A DNA stretch of 64,000 bases from Patescibacteria group bacterium (GCA_041659765.1 JBAZXR010000001.1:182923-246922); one strand, 5' to 3'. Shown: positions 54,001 through 62,615, numbered from the stretch's first letter. A program made the numbers and translations. The notes: generated by a model from the letters alone, not told the origin.

Positions 54001-55387
54001 AGCCGAGGGCACTGTATCCGCAGCATCGCTAACCTTTACAAGTGTGAACTGGGCTACTCCGCAGACGATTACGGTTACTGGAGTTAATGATTCTATTGAT
54101 GACGGTAACATTACCTATCACATTGTTCTGGCTACAGCCTCCTCCGCTGACTTAATTTATAACGTTATCAATCCCGCTGACGTAACCGTCATCAATGACG
54201 ATAATGACACTGTAGGAAACTCAGTAGTTGAATCTGCCGGGACAACGGACGTAACGGAGGGCGGAGCAACGGATTCCTACACGATCGTTCTGCTCACTGA
54301 GCCAGTGACAAATGTAACGGTTACGGTATTTCCCGACGTCCAGGTAGAGGTTGATTCGTCCAGTGTTATTTTTACTACGCTCAACTGGAACGTTCCGCAG
54401 ACAATAACTGTGACTGCAGCTAATGACGCCGTCGTTGAGGGTAATCACACGGGTACCATTACGCATACAGCATCTTCTGCCGATCCTCTCTATAACGGTA
54501 TCGCTATCGCGTCTGTCGTGGCTAATGTCACGGACAATGATAGGGCTGGTTCCTCTGGTTATTCTCCGCCACAGATCGTTATTCGCCCACCAACCATCAA
54601 TGTTATTGCTCCAGTCGAGGCGGATCGTCTTCTGGGTGGCCAGCCTTACCTCATCACTTGGAGTACAGGCGGAGAGTATGTGAATTATGCCGACATCTCT
54701 TATTCAATTGATGGAGGTTGGAACTATACTCTCGTGGAACAGGGCGTTAGAAATTCCGGAAGTTATCAGTGGGCGGTGCCAAATATCAGCACATCGTCAG
54801 CTATAGTAAAAGTTGCTCTAACTGATTTGACAACGCAGGCCGTAACGGGAACTTCCGGGGTATTTACCATTCAGATTCCTCCCGAACCAGTCATTGAGAC
54901 CCCGCCAACTCCAAACGTCGATGTTCCGTCTGTTCCTATATTTCCGGAAGGGGTAACTCCGGTTACGACTGGGGAGTATATTCGGTCTTCGTCCTATACC
55001 ACCGTGTATCTTGTTGAGCCGGGTCTAACTCGTCGTCCGTTTGCTAACCCTCAAATATTCCACACCTATCAATCGACGTTCGACAACGTACGGGTAGTTA
55101 CGGACGCTACATTGTCGTTTCTTGCTTTGGGGTCTCCTATGCCTCCGAAGCCTGGCGTTGTTCTAGTGAAGGTTCAGACATCTCCGAAGGTTTCTTCGGT
55201 GGCGGATGAGGGCGTTATTCACCATATTCCGAATGAAGATATGGCCGCCAGTCTTTTTGGCAGTAGCTGGGCAGATTATGTGATTGATATTCCTTCAACG
55301 CTCATGAACGAGCTTAACGAAGGCACACCGATGACTGGAGATGAGGTTATCGATAGATCGATTCTAAGGCGCCGGATTGAGCTTTGA
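51041..55387 (+). CDS. giant surface protein (1448 aa): beta-helix-like N-terminal repeats, Ig-like middle repeats, shared C-terminal ~125-aa domain
   Basis: Signal peptide. Repeated ~140-aa units (...TLNPAVTTLYIGGAYNNQGTFNVSGRTLEF...). About 5 repeats of the form VTEGGATDxYxxVL...PTAxVxV...LTFTxVNWxxPQTxTVTxVNDxxDE. C-terminus TTVYLVEPGLTRRPF...SSWADYVIDIPST. Confidence 0.75.
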   Translation: MKKILIILGVAGSMAISFLFLFKIPLTHAVAFTWDGGGTTDNWSDCANWVGDACPTASDTVVFDATSAAAPHNNSTIDAGFGSAIGGITIATGYTGTITQGTALTIGSGGYTEASTTGTWTGGSSALTINGAFSITAGAYTPTSGTWTLNGNFSMTGGTMAGTGKTLIVSSSLSTFTYTAGTGNFNVGPGDTGVAVTISSNSSAKTIKTGTTLIATISGDPYMTIEAGASLTTIGDSLYYIFTNNGSYTNGAGYFRAESTATFSGTTNNLDAATGVQVGLAFSPNGPFTIGSGATLTLNPAVTTLYIGGAYNNQGTFNVSGRTLEFDSGYGAGQITNYYGAVSTGDYSALTGASVTIGKAAGAAFTVLANQSITASTVTGATPSIVVDALGTLTTTGDFRVHRLTNNGNFVMGTAGFFHAERGVTFDGATNDLSNATDFQVGMAYNPPENMVIGSGDTLTLNPAVTTLYIAGAFDNNGTFNISGRVLNFGASWGSSEIMHYTGVTNTGDFNTITGATVVLAKTGGSSFTVRNGQTIAASDTGSGFNLVIDSGGTLNTTGNINVFTLTNNGAFTMVGSGTFVSTNGSTLNGTVNDFTNATSMNIATGYNPAGLFSIGSGKTVLFGGSGITVGGSFTNSGTLTSTAPMTFASGYGNCTLTTGEAFGGGIIVNKGSGQSVILAQNTVVNGDVTITAGVLDVSASNYSLTVGGNWSNSATFTPRSGTVTLNGTDQSVTGNTTFYNLTKTVTVARTLTFAASSTTTISNTLTLQGAVGQRLSLRSSTPATQANINPQGTRVLASLDVKDNNNTNVTQMSCIDDCFDSGNNTNWFLSAAVPGVTLVESASSTDVTEGGATDTYSAVLDKLPTANVVVTATGNADATVSGPLTFTTVNWATPQTFTVTAVNDLIDETSPENAAITHAVTSADLGYDGLSVASVTAHVTDNDTAGVTVGAISGHTTELLGTATFTVVLDTQPTADVAIGVTSDNTAEGTVSAASLTFTSVNWATPQTITVTGVNDSIDDGNITYHIVLATASSADLIYNVINPADVTVINDDNDTVGNSVVESAGTTDVTEGGATDSYTIVLLTEPVTNVTVTVFPDVQVEVDSSSVIFTTLNWNVPQTITVTAANDAVVEGNHTGTITHTASSADPLYNGIAIASVVANVTDNDRAGSSGYSPPQIVIRPPTINVIAPVEADRLLGGQPYLITWSTGGEYVNYADISYSIDGGWNYTLVEQGVRNSGSYQWAVPNISTSSAIVKVALTDLTTQAVTGTSGVFTIQIPPEPVIETPPTPNVDVPSVPIFPEGVTPVTTGEYIRSSSYTTVYLVEPGLTRRPFANPQIFHTYQSTFDNVRVVTDATLSFLALGSPMPPKPGVVLVKVQTSPKVSSVADEGVIHHIPNEDMAASLFGSSWADYVIDIPSTLMNELNEGTPMTGDEVIDRSILRRRIEL

Positions 55388-55411
55388 TTAGCTCCCCAAA
55401 AAAAATTCCGG

Positions 55412-55445
55412 GATATATTTCCCGGGATTTTAGTTTCAGTTATTT
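55412..55445 (+). terminator. intrinsic terminator after the 1448-aa gene
   Basis: TTCCGGGAtatatTTCCCGGGATTTTAGTTT. Confidence 0.55.
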
Positions 55446-55670
55446 TGCAACTGCACTGAAAATATCGGTTGTCGTCAGACCCTCGCTTTCGGCTGGATTT
55501 ATTAATAAAAATCATGTTATCATTGGGCACATCGTAATGGTTTGTTAGACAGTTTTGGTGACTTACATTAAGCTATTGCTTTCTATCCTTACTGTTCTAT
55601 GCAATTCATCCAGGGGCTCATTTCAGCTGCACGACGCGCAACAAGAAAATTCAATAAAAAAGGTAGCGGG

Positions 55671-58600
55671 ATGGCCAGGTCATTTTTGGCTCCTACCGCC
55701 TTCATTGTGTTATTTTTATATACTACGTCCATCTTGACGCAGACTATTTCTGTTGACGCTGCGGACTCTAACCTTGATCTCGTTCCGTTCCGGTTGTCGG
55801 GATCAATGACCAATGACGTTACAAGCCAGTCTGGAGCAGGTGCTTTTGCAAACGGAAGTTTGCGGGGCTATTCAGAAGCCGCTTGTATTCCTTTTGTATT
55901 GTCGCTTGAAAATACGAATGACAGTGCAGGAAATATTGTCGCTCAAATTCAGCATGACTATTCAGCAACCGGTGAAGCCTTTACTCAACTGGAGAATATC
56001 ACCTCCCTTTTGCCAAACCCTCTTCTGGCGGATGATTTGAATGACTTTGTGTATGCCGGGACACAGCTTTCTAACGGAACAACCGTTGGTGGCGCGCTGA
56101 CCGTGAGTGTTTCTGGTCCAGTTTCTAATAATAATGATTCGAAGCGTACTTATAGTATTACGGCAAATGGCGTTCCAGCTCAGACAACAGTGCAGGTGGT
56201 CTTTTGTGCCAGATTAGGTGTTGACGCTAGTGCAGCTAACGGTGCCAGCTTGGATGTTCGTTTTTCGAATGGTGGCGCTCAGCCGTCAGGGGTGAATCCT
56301 AATGACGTGGTCCAGCTTCCTTCGCTGACGATCACTAAAATTGTGTCTGGTGGCACCGCTCAGCCATCCGACTGGTCATTTACGGTTACTCCGGGCATTG
56401 ATGGCATTTCAGCATCTAGTGTAGTTAATATTCCGGCCAACCAGTCATCTGTTGTGCTTGATAATGTTCGAGCAAATGGCACGCAGGCCTTCACGGTGAC
56501 TGAAGGTGCCGGACCTTCTGGATATGCCTTTTCAAGCGGATCGGGAACGAACTGCGTCTTTAGTGGTGCGACCGCCACCGCAACGGTGACGGCTGATTTT
56601 ACGGGCGTCAATGCCTCTTGTGCCTTCACTAACGCTCAATTGACGCAGCCTCAGCTGACTATCATTAAACAGGTGGTGAACGATAACGGTGGCACCGCGG
56701 TGGCTGCGAATTTCTCCTTTGAGGTTACTGCTAATAATCCTTCATCAGCGTTTGTGTCTGGTTCGGAGACCGGCATTACTATTACTCTTGATCCAGGTGC
56801 TTATTCAGTGGCTGAAATAGCCAATATTGGTTACTCTGATTCACCTAGCGCTGATTGTTCGGGCACTATTGCTTACGGGGAAGCCAAGACCTGTACTATC
56901 ACGAACAACGATATCCCTGGCACCCTGACGGTCATTAAACAGGTAGATAACACGGCTGGCGGGACCATGAGTTCAAAAGATTTTTTAATGACCGTGACCG
57001 GATCATTCCCAAACTCAGTTCAGTCAACTCAATCATTTGAGGGGTCATTGTTTGGTACTTTGGTGCAGATGAATGCTGGTGCGTATTCGGTTGACGAGAG
57101 CTTGGCGGTGAATTATTCCGGTCAGAAGAGCGCTGATTGTTCAGGCACTATTTCTAACGGTGAAGCTAAGACCTGTACTATCACTAACACCTACGCGGTT
57201 CCTTCGCCAACTCAGGGTACGATCATCGTGCAGAAGCATGTGGTCAACGACAGCGGATTCGGCACTAAGGTAGCAGCGGATTTCATGCTGGAAGTTCGTG
57301 ATACGCATGGCGCCGTAATTCCGGTCACTGGTGATGAGGCCGGGGTATCTGTCTTGGTTGATCCGGGTCAGTACGCGGTTTCTGAAGCTATAGATCCAGC
57401 CTATGCTCAATCATTCGGCGCAGGTTGTGCTGGTAGCATTGCGGTTGGCGAAACCCGAATTTGTGTAGTGACGAATGACGATCGCCCGGCTCTTTTGCCA
57501 ACCCAGGACATCTTGCCTTCTGTACAATGCGTCGCTCCAACCAACCACAATACTTACATTGCTTACTTCGGCTTCAACAACACAAACCAGACCGCTGTCT
57601 ATCTGCCCATTGGTGCAGATAACTCAGTGACCGGGGGAGGATTGCAGGGCAATAGCTATGGTCAGCCAGAGATCTTTGCCGCTGGTGCTTCAGCCGCCTA
57701 CCCTGATGCTGCATTTTCAGTTGAGTTTGATGGCACGCCAGTAACCTGGGCATTAACTGTGGCTAACGACATGACCCCAGCTACCGCGTCATCTTCTAGC
57801 GAGGCCTGTCCAACGATTGAGCCTGCGCGGCTGCACGTTTTCGGTATCATCACTAACGATAATGGCGGTCCAACCCTAAACGTTTATGAGACGGCATCGA
57901 CCTTGCAGAGTGCAGGCCCGAACCAAACATTTGAGAACGATAATGATGGGGTGTGGCTAACTGTTAATCCTGGAACCTACAGCTTAACTTCTTCTGATGA
58001 AGCTGGATACGTAGTTTCATACAGCCCAGACTGTGTGGGTAGTATTGTTCAGGGTGAGACTAAGATTTGTACTGTCACGTATGACGATCTGCCAGGCGAA
58101 AATGAAGATGGCTTTATTCGCGTCACTAAAGTCATCACCAACTATACTTCTGAGGAAGTTCTAGTGACTGATTTCGTGCTCAATGTTCGCACCTCCAGAA
58201 TTAGACGAACCTCGATTCGTGGTACAGATGTAGACTCTGGAGTTGAGAATGCTTTTGCACCTGAGACTTATCAGATCAGCGAAACACCGGCTGAAAGTCA
58301 GACTTTCACCGCTGAGGATTACACAGCAGTATTCTCTGGCGACTGTTCAGACGCTGGCGTCATTGTGGTAGAAAGCGGTCAACACTATTCCTGTACCATC
58401 ACAAACACTTTCGGTACTGCGCCAACTAGCGGTGGCGGGGGAGGTGGAAATGGTGGTGGGGGCGGCGGTGGAGGAGGAGGTATGACTCGGACTACTGGCG
58501 TCACTGTGATCACCAATGTGATCAATAACAACGGTGGCAGCTTGTTAGCTCCGTCCTTTGAGGCCCACGTTAATGGTGAAGATCCTGCACTGACCTCAAC

Positions 58601-59015
58601 GTTTAACATGTCAGCCATTTCCACGATCAGCTTTGCTGGCAACACTGGCGGGGTAAACGTGGCTTTATCAGCTGGTTCATATACGGTCACACAGACCAAC
58701 TCATCCGGGTATGCAGTTACTATGAGCGCTGGTTGTTCCGGTACGCTTATCACGGGCCAAGTTGCTACTTGTATCATCACCAATGATGATCTAGCGGCCG
58801 CAGCTGTAACTCCTGTTCCAATTCCGGCGCCAACTCCGCTTGTGCTTGGCGATACTGATACGGCTGATAACGCGGTAGTTTTGCCTACGCCCACCCCAGA
58901 GGTTTTGGGCGCTACTGACGAAGAATTGCCACGCACTGGATTCCCAGTAGGCATGTTGGTAGTCTGGATTGGCGGTGCGGCATATGTCGCTTCAAGAGCT
59001 AGTAAAAAACAATAA
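55671..59015 (+). CDS. giant LPxTG-anchored surface protein with about 8 tandem ~105-aa beta-sandwich repeats and a poly-Gly linker
   Basis: Track ORF from 55599; ATG 55671 gives signal peptide MARSFLAPTAFIVLFLYTTSILTQTISVDAA. Repeats end ...DCSGTIxxGExKTCTITNxDxPGxLxVxKxVxND. C-terminus EELPRTGFPVGMLVVWIGGAAYVASRASKKQ. Confidence 0.75.
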   Translation: MARSFLAPTAFIVLFLYTTSILTQTISVDAADSNLDLVPFRLSGSMTNDVTSQSGAGAFANGSLRGYSEAACIPFVLSLENTNDSAGNIVAQIQHDYSATGEAFTQLENITSLLPNPLLADDLNDFVYAGTQLSNGTTVGGALTVSVSGPVSNNNDSKRTYSITANGVPAQTTVQVVFCARLGVDASAANGASLDVRFSNGGAQPSGVNPNDVVQLPSLTITKIVSGGTAQPSDWSFTVTPGIDGISASSVVNIPANQSSVVLDNVRANGTQAFTVTEGAGPSGYAFSSGSGTNCVFSGATATATVTADFTGVNASCAFTNAQLTQPQLTIIKQVVNDNGGTAVAANFSFEVTANNPSSAFVSGSETGITITLDPGAYSVAEIANIGYSDSPSADCSGTIAYGEAKTCTITNNDIPGTLTVIKQVDNTAGGTMSSKDFLMTVTGSFPNSVQSTQSFEGSLFGTLVQMNAGAYSVDESLAVNYSGQKSADCSGTISNGEAKTCTITNTYAVPSPTQGTIIVQKHVVNDSGFGTKVAADFMLEVRDTHGAVIPVTGDEAGVSVLVDPGQYAVSEAIDPAYAQSFGAGCAGSIAVGETRICVVTNDDRPALLPTQDILPSVQCVAPTNHNTYIAYFGFNNTNQTAVYLPIGADNSVTGGGLQGNSYGQPEIFAAGASAAYPDAAFSVEFDGTPVTWALTVANDMTPATASSSSEACPTIEPARLHVFGIITNDNGGPTLNVYETASTLQSAGPNQTFENDNDGVWLTVNPGTYSLTSSDEAGYVVSYSPDCVGSIVQGETKICTVTYDDLPGENEDGFIRVTKVITNYTSEEVLVTDFVLNVRTSRIRRTSIRGTDVDSGVENAFAPETYQISETPAESQTFTAEDYTAVFSGDCSDAGVIVVESGQHYSCTITNTFGTAPTSGGGGGGNGGGGGGGGGGMTRTTGVTVITNVINNNGGSLLAPSFEAHVNGEDPALTSTFNMSAISTISFAGNTGGVNVALSAGSYTVTQTNSSGYAVTMSAGCSGTLITGQVATCIITNDDLAAAAVTPVPIPAPTPLVLGDTDTADNAVVLPTPTPEVLGATDEELPRTGFPVGMLVVWIGGAAYVASRASKKQ

Positions 59016-59604
59016 GCATTGGGGAAGAAGCATCCTGATTTTCTTCGGGGTGCTTTTTCTTTCGCTGTTCATCGCGGAAGTGGATTATGCCTTTAAGAAT
59101 TTGAAGGTCTTTTTTATCCGAGAAATGGCCAATGAAGTGTCGGTCGAGGACTCGCTCCAAGTTTTATACGTCCCCGATACGCTTAGCATTCCGTCGCTGC
59201 AGATTTCTGCACCGATTATCTACATCACTAAAAAGGGCGAGGGTGCTTATTCCGAAGCCCTGGCCAGAGGCGTAGTCCATTATCCGGGTACGGCCATGCC
59301 GGGTGAGTTTGGCAACGTCTACATTTTCGGTCACTCTAGTGACTTGCCGTGGTCAATCGGCCAATACAAAACCATCTTTGCTCCTTTGCCGCAAATTCAG
59401 AACGGCGAAAAAATTACCTTGACCGATCACGCTGGCCGGCAGTTTGTCTATGAAGTTTTTGAGACTAAGGTAGTCATGCCCAATGATCTGTCAGTGTTAA
59501 GCCAATACGAATTTAAAGAAAAGCTACTCTCCGTTCAGACTTCTTACCCGCTTGGAACCGCTCTTAAACGGTTTATAGTGCTAGCCAGACTGCTTGAAGA
59601 CTAG
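58984..59604 (+). CDS. sortase-family homolog with Ser in place of the catalytic Cys (TLxTC becomes VQTSYP)
   Basis: Aligns with the canonical sortase at 17081: IPSLQISAPIIYI, ALARGVVHYPGTAMPGEFGNVYIFGHS (His kept), LLSVQTSYPLG (Cys to Ser, codon TCT), ALKRFIV (Arg kept). Overlaps the 3' end of the LPRTG gene. Confidence 0.6.
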   Translation: MSLQELVKNNKHWGRSILIFFGVLFLSLFIAEVDYAFKNLKVFFIREMANEVSVEDSLQVLYVPDTLSIPSLQISAPIIYITKKGEGAYSEALARGVVHYPGTAMPGEFGNVYIFGHSSDLPWSIGQYKTIFAPLPQIQNGEKITLTDHAGRQFVYEVFETKVVMPNDLSVLSQYEFKEKLLSVQTSYPLGTALKRFIVLARLLED

Positions 59605-60722
59605 ATAGCCATGAGAATGATAGCAATGCCGATGACTCCAAGCACGTGAGCGGCGAGCGGCAGACGACGCCAGTGCATTTTGGCAATAAGAGTAATGAGG
59701 AGCAGAGAAGAAAGAAAGATGATGGCGATTAAATAGACTTTGGTCACGGAATCATTCAGGCCGCCAAGTTTTATTCCGAAAACCTTTGCTTCTGGCTGGC
59801 TGCTGCCAAAGGCGTATAGGTCTTGCGTAGTTGAGGTTGGGGCAATGATGGCTGCTGACTCTACTTTTTGTTCATTGTTGTCTGAGGCGATCACCATTAA
59901 TTCCTGTCCAGAATTTGGGATCGTCTTGGTGTTGACCGGAACCGAACCAGTCCATTCGCCGGCGACTGATTTTTTCAGCGGGACAGAGACAGTACCCAGC
60001 TGGGCCGAGACCGCAGTAGCTTCGGTATTTTTTACGGAGATGTGATACGAAGCTTTGGCGGGGGTTACAACTGTTGTTTCGATTGGAAGAGGCTCCTCGG
60101 TTGGCTTGTTTAGTCGCGTCTGGTCCGAGAGTACTGCGGCCACAACTACCGGCTCACCAAAGTGTTGAACCACAAAAATAGCTGGATACCCGTTGTATTC
60201 TCCCTGCGCAACTCCTACGCCGATATCCGTGTAGCGGGTGTCTACTATGTTCGCGCGGTGGGTGGGACTGGCCATCCAGCCGGCGGTTACGTCTTCAGCT
60301 TGGGTGAAGTAAACGGCCAGGTTTTCGCCGGCGTTCTGATAGTAATAGCCCTGTCCCTTGATCCATGACCATGGCGTTACTCCGTCCGGCGAAGTATGGG
60401 CAAAGTACTGATGGGCGAGCATGTCTTCTGCTTTTGCTTGGGCAGATGCGTCGAGCCTGTAATTTTCGACGAGTTGGGTGAGGCTGAGGCTCGTTCTCGA
60501 TGAGTTAGTCAACGAGATGATGTTATTTGGAGTGATCGCCGACGAATATAGACTTGCGGCCGGTAGGGCGATAGCGGTTGCTAAAACAACAAATTTGAGT
60601 CCCACCATTCCCACAGAATACCCAAAAAGCGCCCCATGGCTCAAGACATGCGGGGTGTGCTTGTTCCCGTGGTGCGGGACAAAGTGGTTTTTCAAAAACC
60701 CTTTTATTCCTTTGCTTTTCAC
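59601..60722 (-). CDS. CAP/SCP/PR-1 domain membrane protein
   Basis: CAP motifs AHQYFAHTSPDG, YQNAGENLA, MASPTHRANIVD...IGVGVA. N- and C-terminal TM helices. Confidence 0.6.
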   Translation of the reverse strand: MKSKGIKGFLKNHFVPHHGNKHTPHVLSHGALFGYSVGMVGLKFVVLATAIALPAASLYSSAITPNNIISLTNSSRTSLSLTQLVENYRLDASAQAKAEDMLAHQYFAHTSPDGVTPWSWIKGQGYYYQNAGENLAVYFTQAEDVTAGWMASPTHRANIVDTRYTDIGVGVAQGEYNGYPAIFVVQHFGEPVVVAAVLSDQTRLNKPTEEPLPIETTVVTPAKASYHISVKNTEATAVSAQLGTVSVPLKKSVAGEWTGSVPVNTKTIPNSGQELMVIASDNNEQKVESAAIIAPTSTTQDLYAFGSSQPEAKVFGIKLGGLNDSVTKVYLIAIIFLSSLLLITLIAKMHWRRLPLAAHVLGVIGIAIILMAI

Positions 60723-60751
60723 AGTTATGCCTCCATTGTACCATGCAGAGG

Positions 60752-60780
60752 TTGACTAATCCTCCCGTGTCCGTTACACT
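60752..60780 (+). promoter_or_regulatory. candidate sigma-70 promoter for rplU (TTGACT-17-TACACT)
   Basis: TTGACTaatcctcccgtgtccgtTACACT, about 70 nt upstream of the rplU ATG. Implies a structured leader. Confidence 0.35.
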
Positions 60781-60853
60781 TTTGCCGTTAATCATTGGCT
60801 TGCGTAGGGCTTAAGTTCAGGGAAACCTGACGCCTGGGCAGCACTAAATTATT

Positions 60854-61165
60854 ATGTACGCAGTAATTACCACTGGCGGTAAGCAGTACCTTGTAAAAGA
60901 GGGACTCAAACTCCAGGTAGAAAAAATTGACCTTGAAGTGGGTAAGACTATTTCTTTCCCGGCCATGCTCGTGTCTAACGAGGACGGAACGGACGTGAAG
61001 GTCGGCAACCCAGAAGTAAAGGGTGTGTCCGTCTCGGCAAAAATCGCCGAACAGGGCCGCGATACTAAGATCTCTGTGATCAAGTATAAGCGCAAGGTCC
61101 GCTATCGCCGCAACGTCGGCCATCGCCAGCCCTTCACCATCATCGAAATCGAAAAGATTTCCTAA
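60854..61165 (+). CDS. rplU: 50S ribosomal protein L21
   Basis: MYAVITTGGKQYLVKEGLKLQVEKI...VKVGNPEV...IKYKRKVRYRRNVGHRQPFTIIEIEKI. Confidence 0.9.
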   Translation: MYAVITTGGKQYLVKEGLKLQVEKIDLEVGKTISFPAMLVSNEDGTDVKVGNPEVKGVSVSAKIAEQGRDTKISVIKYKRKVRYRRNVGHRQPFTIIEIEKIS

Positions 61166-61171
61166 ACAAGA

Positions 61172-61200
61172 ATGAGGCCCCCGGGCCTCGTTTTTGTTTG
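61172..61200 (+). terminator. intrinsic terminator after rplU (no rpmA follows)
   Basis: GAGGCCCCCGGGCCTCGTTTTTGTTTG. A second GC hairpin (CCCCTCCGC...GCGGGGAGGGG) serves the convergent minus gene. Confidence 0.6.
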
Positions 61201-61247
61201 AAAAAGAAACCCCCTCCGCGCGCCACGTTGGCGGGGAGGGGCAGAGA

Positions 61248-61916
61248 CTAGGGCGCCTTCGGCGGTTCCCAGTCAGGAGGGATGATCGCGGCGGCGTGGA
61301 GATTGCCGGTAGCGATTTGTTTTTGGAGAGTTTCCATGGCCGGATTGTACCGATTCCGTCCGTCGCAGTATGACGGCGAATGTGGTCGGTTACGGCTTTG
61401 TCGGCACCTGATGAGGAACTCGCCCATGGTGGTTCCTTTGAACCAATGGTAGCGTTTTCCGTCCTTCCAGATTGGCACCTCACCGTACGTTTCGGGCGCT
61501 CCGTTGAGTGCTTTGATAAACGTTGGCTCCTCCCAGTAGGGAGGCCGCCAGCCTGCAGTGAGCGATCGAGTACTTTGTGGCAGTCTCAGCTTCTCTTCCA
61601 GCTCTCCAAAGACGTCGGGGCGCATTGGATAACCCTTGCCGGACTTACCCTCGATGCGGAGCATGTATGCTTCGCCTACGAAGACGACACCACGGTTGTG
61701 CAGGTATTTGAATACCTTTTGCGATAGGCCCACTTCAGAAATCCGCGTGGACATCTTGCTGAATAGCTCTGTATGTTCCTCGGTTTTACCGCTCAGCGGT
61801 CTCTGGATGAAGTTTTGGAGGGCAGTTTTTAGCACCTCGTTTTCCTCATTGGAACGGGCGCCTGCATGTGCCAGGCGGCGAGCTTCGTCGAGTAGGCCAA
61901 CGAGCGGATAGGACAT
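61248..61916 (-). CDS. hypothetical protein (222 aa), no recognisable domain
   Basis: Long ORF, own terminator downstream. Trp-rich C-terminal half (GWRPPYWEEPT, PIWKDGKRYHWFKG). Confidence 0.35.
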   Translation of the reverse strand: MSYPLVGLLDEARRLAHAGARSNEENEVLKTALQNFIQRPLSGKTEEHTELFSKMSTRISEVGLSQKVFKYLHNRGVVFVGEAYMLRIEGKSGKGYPMRPDVFGELEEKLRLPQSTRSLTAGWRPPYWEEPTFIKALNGAPETYGEVPIWKDGKRYHWFKGTTMGEFLIRCRQSRNRPHSPSYCDGRNRYNPAMETLQKQIATGNLHAAAIIPPDWEPPKAP

Positions 61917-61971
61917 CTGATCCTCCAGTCAGTGTTGTGCGGTCGATGATAGTCGACAAGAAAGCGTAGCA

Positions 61972-62000
61972 GTTTGCAAGGATTTTTGCAAGTTTTATAG
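61972..62000 (+). promoter_or_regulatory. candidate sigma-70 promoter (TTTGCA-17-TATAGT) for the Cys-rich protein gene
   Basis: gTTTGCAaggatttttgcaagtttTATAGT, with direct repeat TTTGCAAG x2. AAGGAGG SD 7 nt before the ATG at 62073. Confidence 0.4.
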
Positions 62001-62072
62001 TTAATATTGGCTACATTGTTTGACAATTATTCAAAAGGTTGGTCTACTCCAGCTCGCATTAAGGAGGTAGGG

Positions 62073-62615
62073 ATGCCGTTTAATCCGTTTGAGGATGTTC
62101 GGCAGCCCTGCAAAACAGAGGGTTGCCCGCGCAAAGCGTTTAGTGGTGATGGGCTGTGCACGGTTTGTGTCTCCAGAGCGACTGTGGCGAAGCATTTCGG
62201 CATAGAGCCTGCGTCTGTTTCTGTCGCTCCCGACACGCCTGTTGCTGAACGATGCGCTATTCCTGGTTGTGGCAGTCGCCGGGTGTATCGCGAGTGGTGT
62301 ATGCCGCATTTGGTGGTATTCGCTAATCTGTTTCGGCTGACGAAGCTGAAGAAGGGTCATGGGAGAGAAATCCTGTGCATTGAGCCGGGCTGTGGGAAAA
62401 CCGCTGACTCCCGTCACCGATGCGGATCCCATCTTCATCGTTGGCGGAAGGCGTTCAAGGCGGTGGGGCAGCCGTTTCCAAAAGTTAAGAAACCACCGCC
62501 GACACCGTGCCCGGTTCCTGGGTGTGGTGATACGGTCAGGGTTAGAGGATTTTGCTTGAAACACTTCGGTGATGTGAATTATGCCGTTCGGGCTAACATC
62601 GTTAAAGCCGCGTGA
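62073..62615 (+). CDS. protein with four tandem Cys-rich zinc-ribbon-like repeats (C-x3-GC...G-x-C-x2-C/H)
   Basis: CKTEGCPRKAFSGDGLCTVCVSR; CAIPGCGSRRVYREWCMPH; CIEPGCGKTADSRHRCGSHLHRW; CPVPGCGDTVRVRGFCLKHFG. Confidence 0.5.
   Translation: MPFNPFEDVRQPCKTEGCPRKAFSGDGLCTVCVSRATVAKHFGIEPASVSVAPDTPVAERCAIPGCGSRRVYREWCMPHLVVFANLFRLTKLKKGHGREILCIEPGCGKTADSRHRCGSHLHRWRKAFKAVGQPFPKVKKPPPTPCPVPGCGDTVRVRGFCLKHFGDVNYAVRANIVKAA

Noticed and set aside
51129-54683. Internal and antisense ORFs within the 1448-aa gene
   Set aside because: Same reasoning: low-complexity antisense frames of a repetitive gene.
56360-58954. Antisense ORFs within the LPRTG gene, including 58385..58954 with a PPPPPPPP run
   Set aside because: The poly-Pro is the antisense of the poly-Gly codon tract. 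These are not separate genes.
59530-59545. Ser codon at the sortase nucleophile position might be a sequencing error
   Set aside because: This cannot be excluded from a single sequence: TCT differs from TGT by one base. It is kept as a finding but flagged for read-level verification rather than dismissed.
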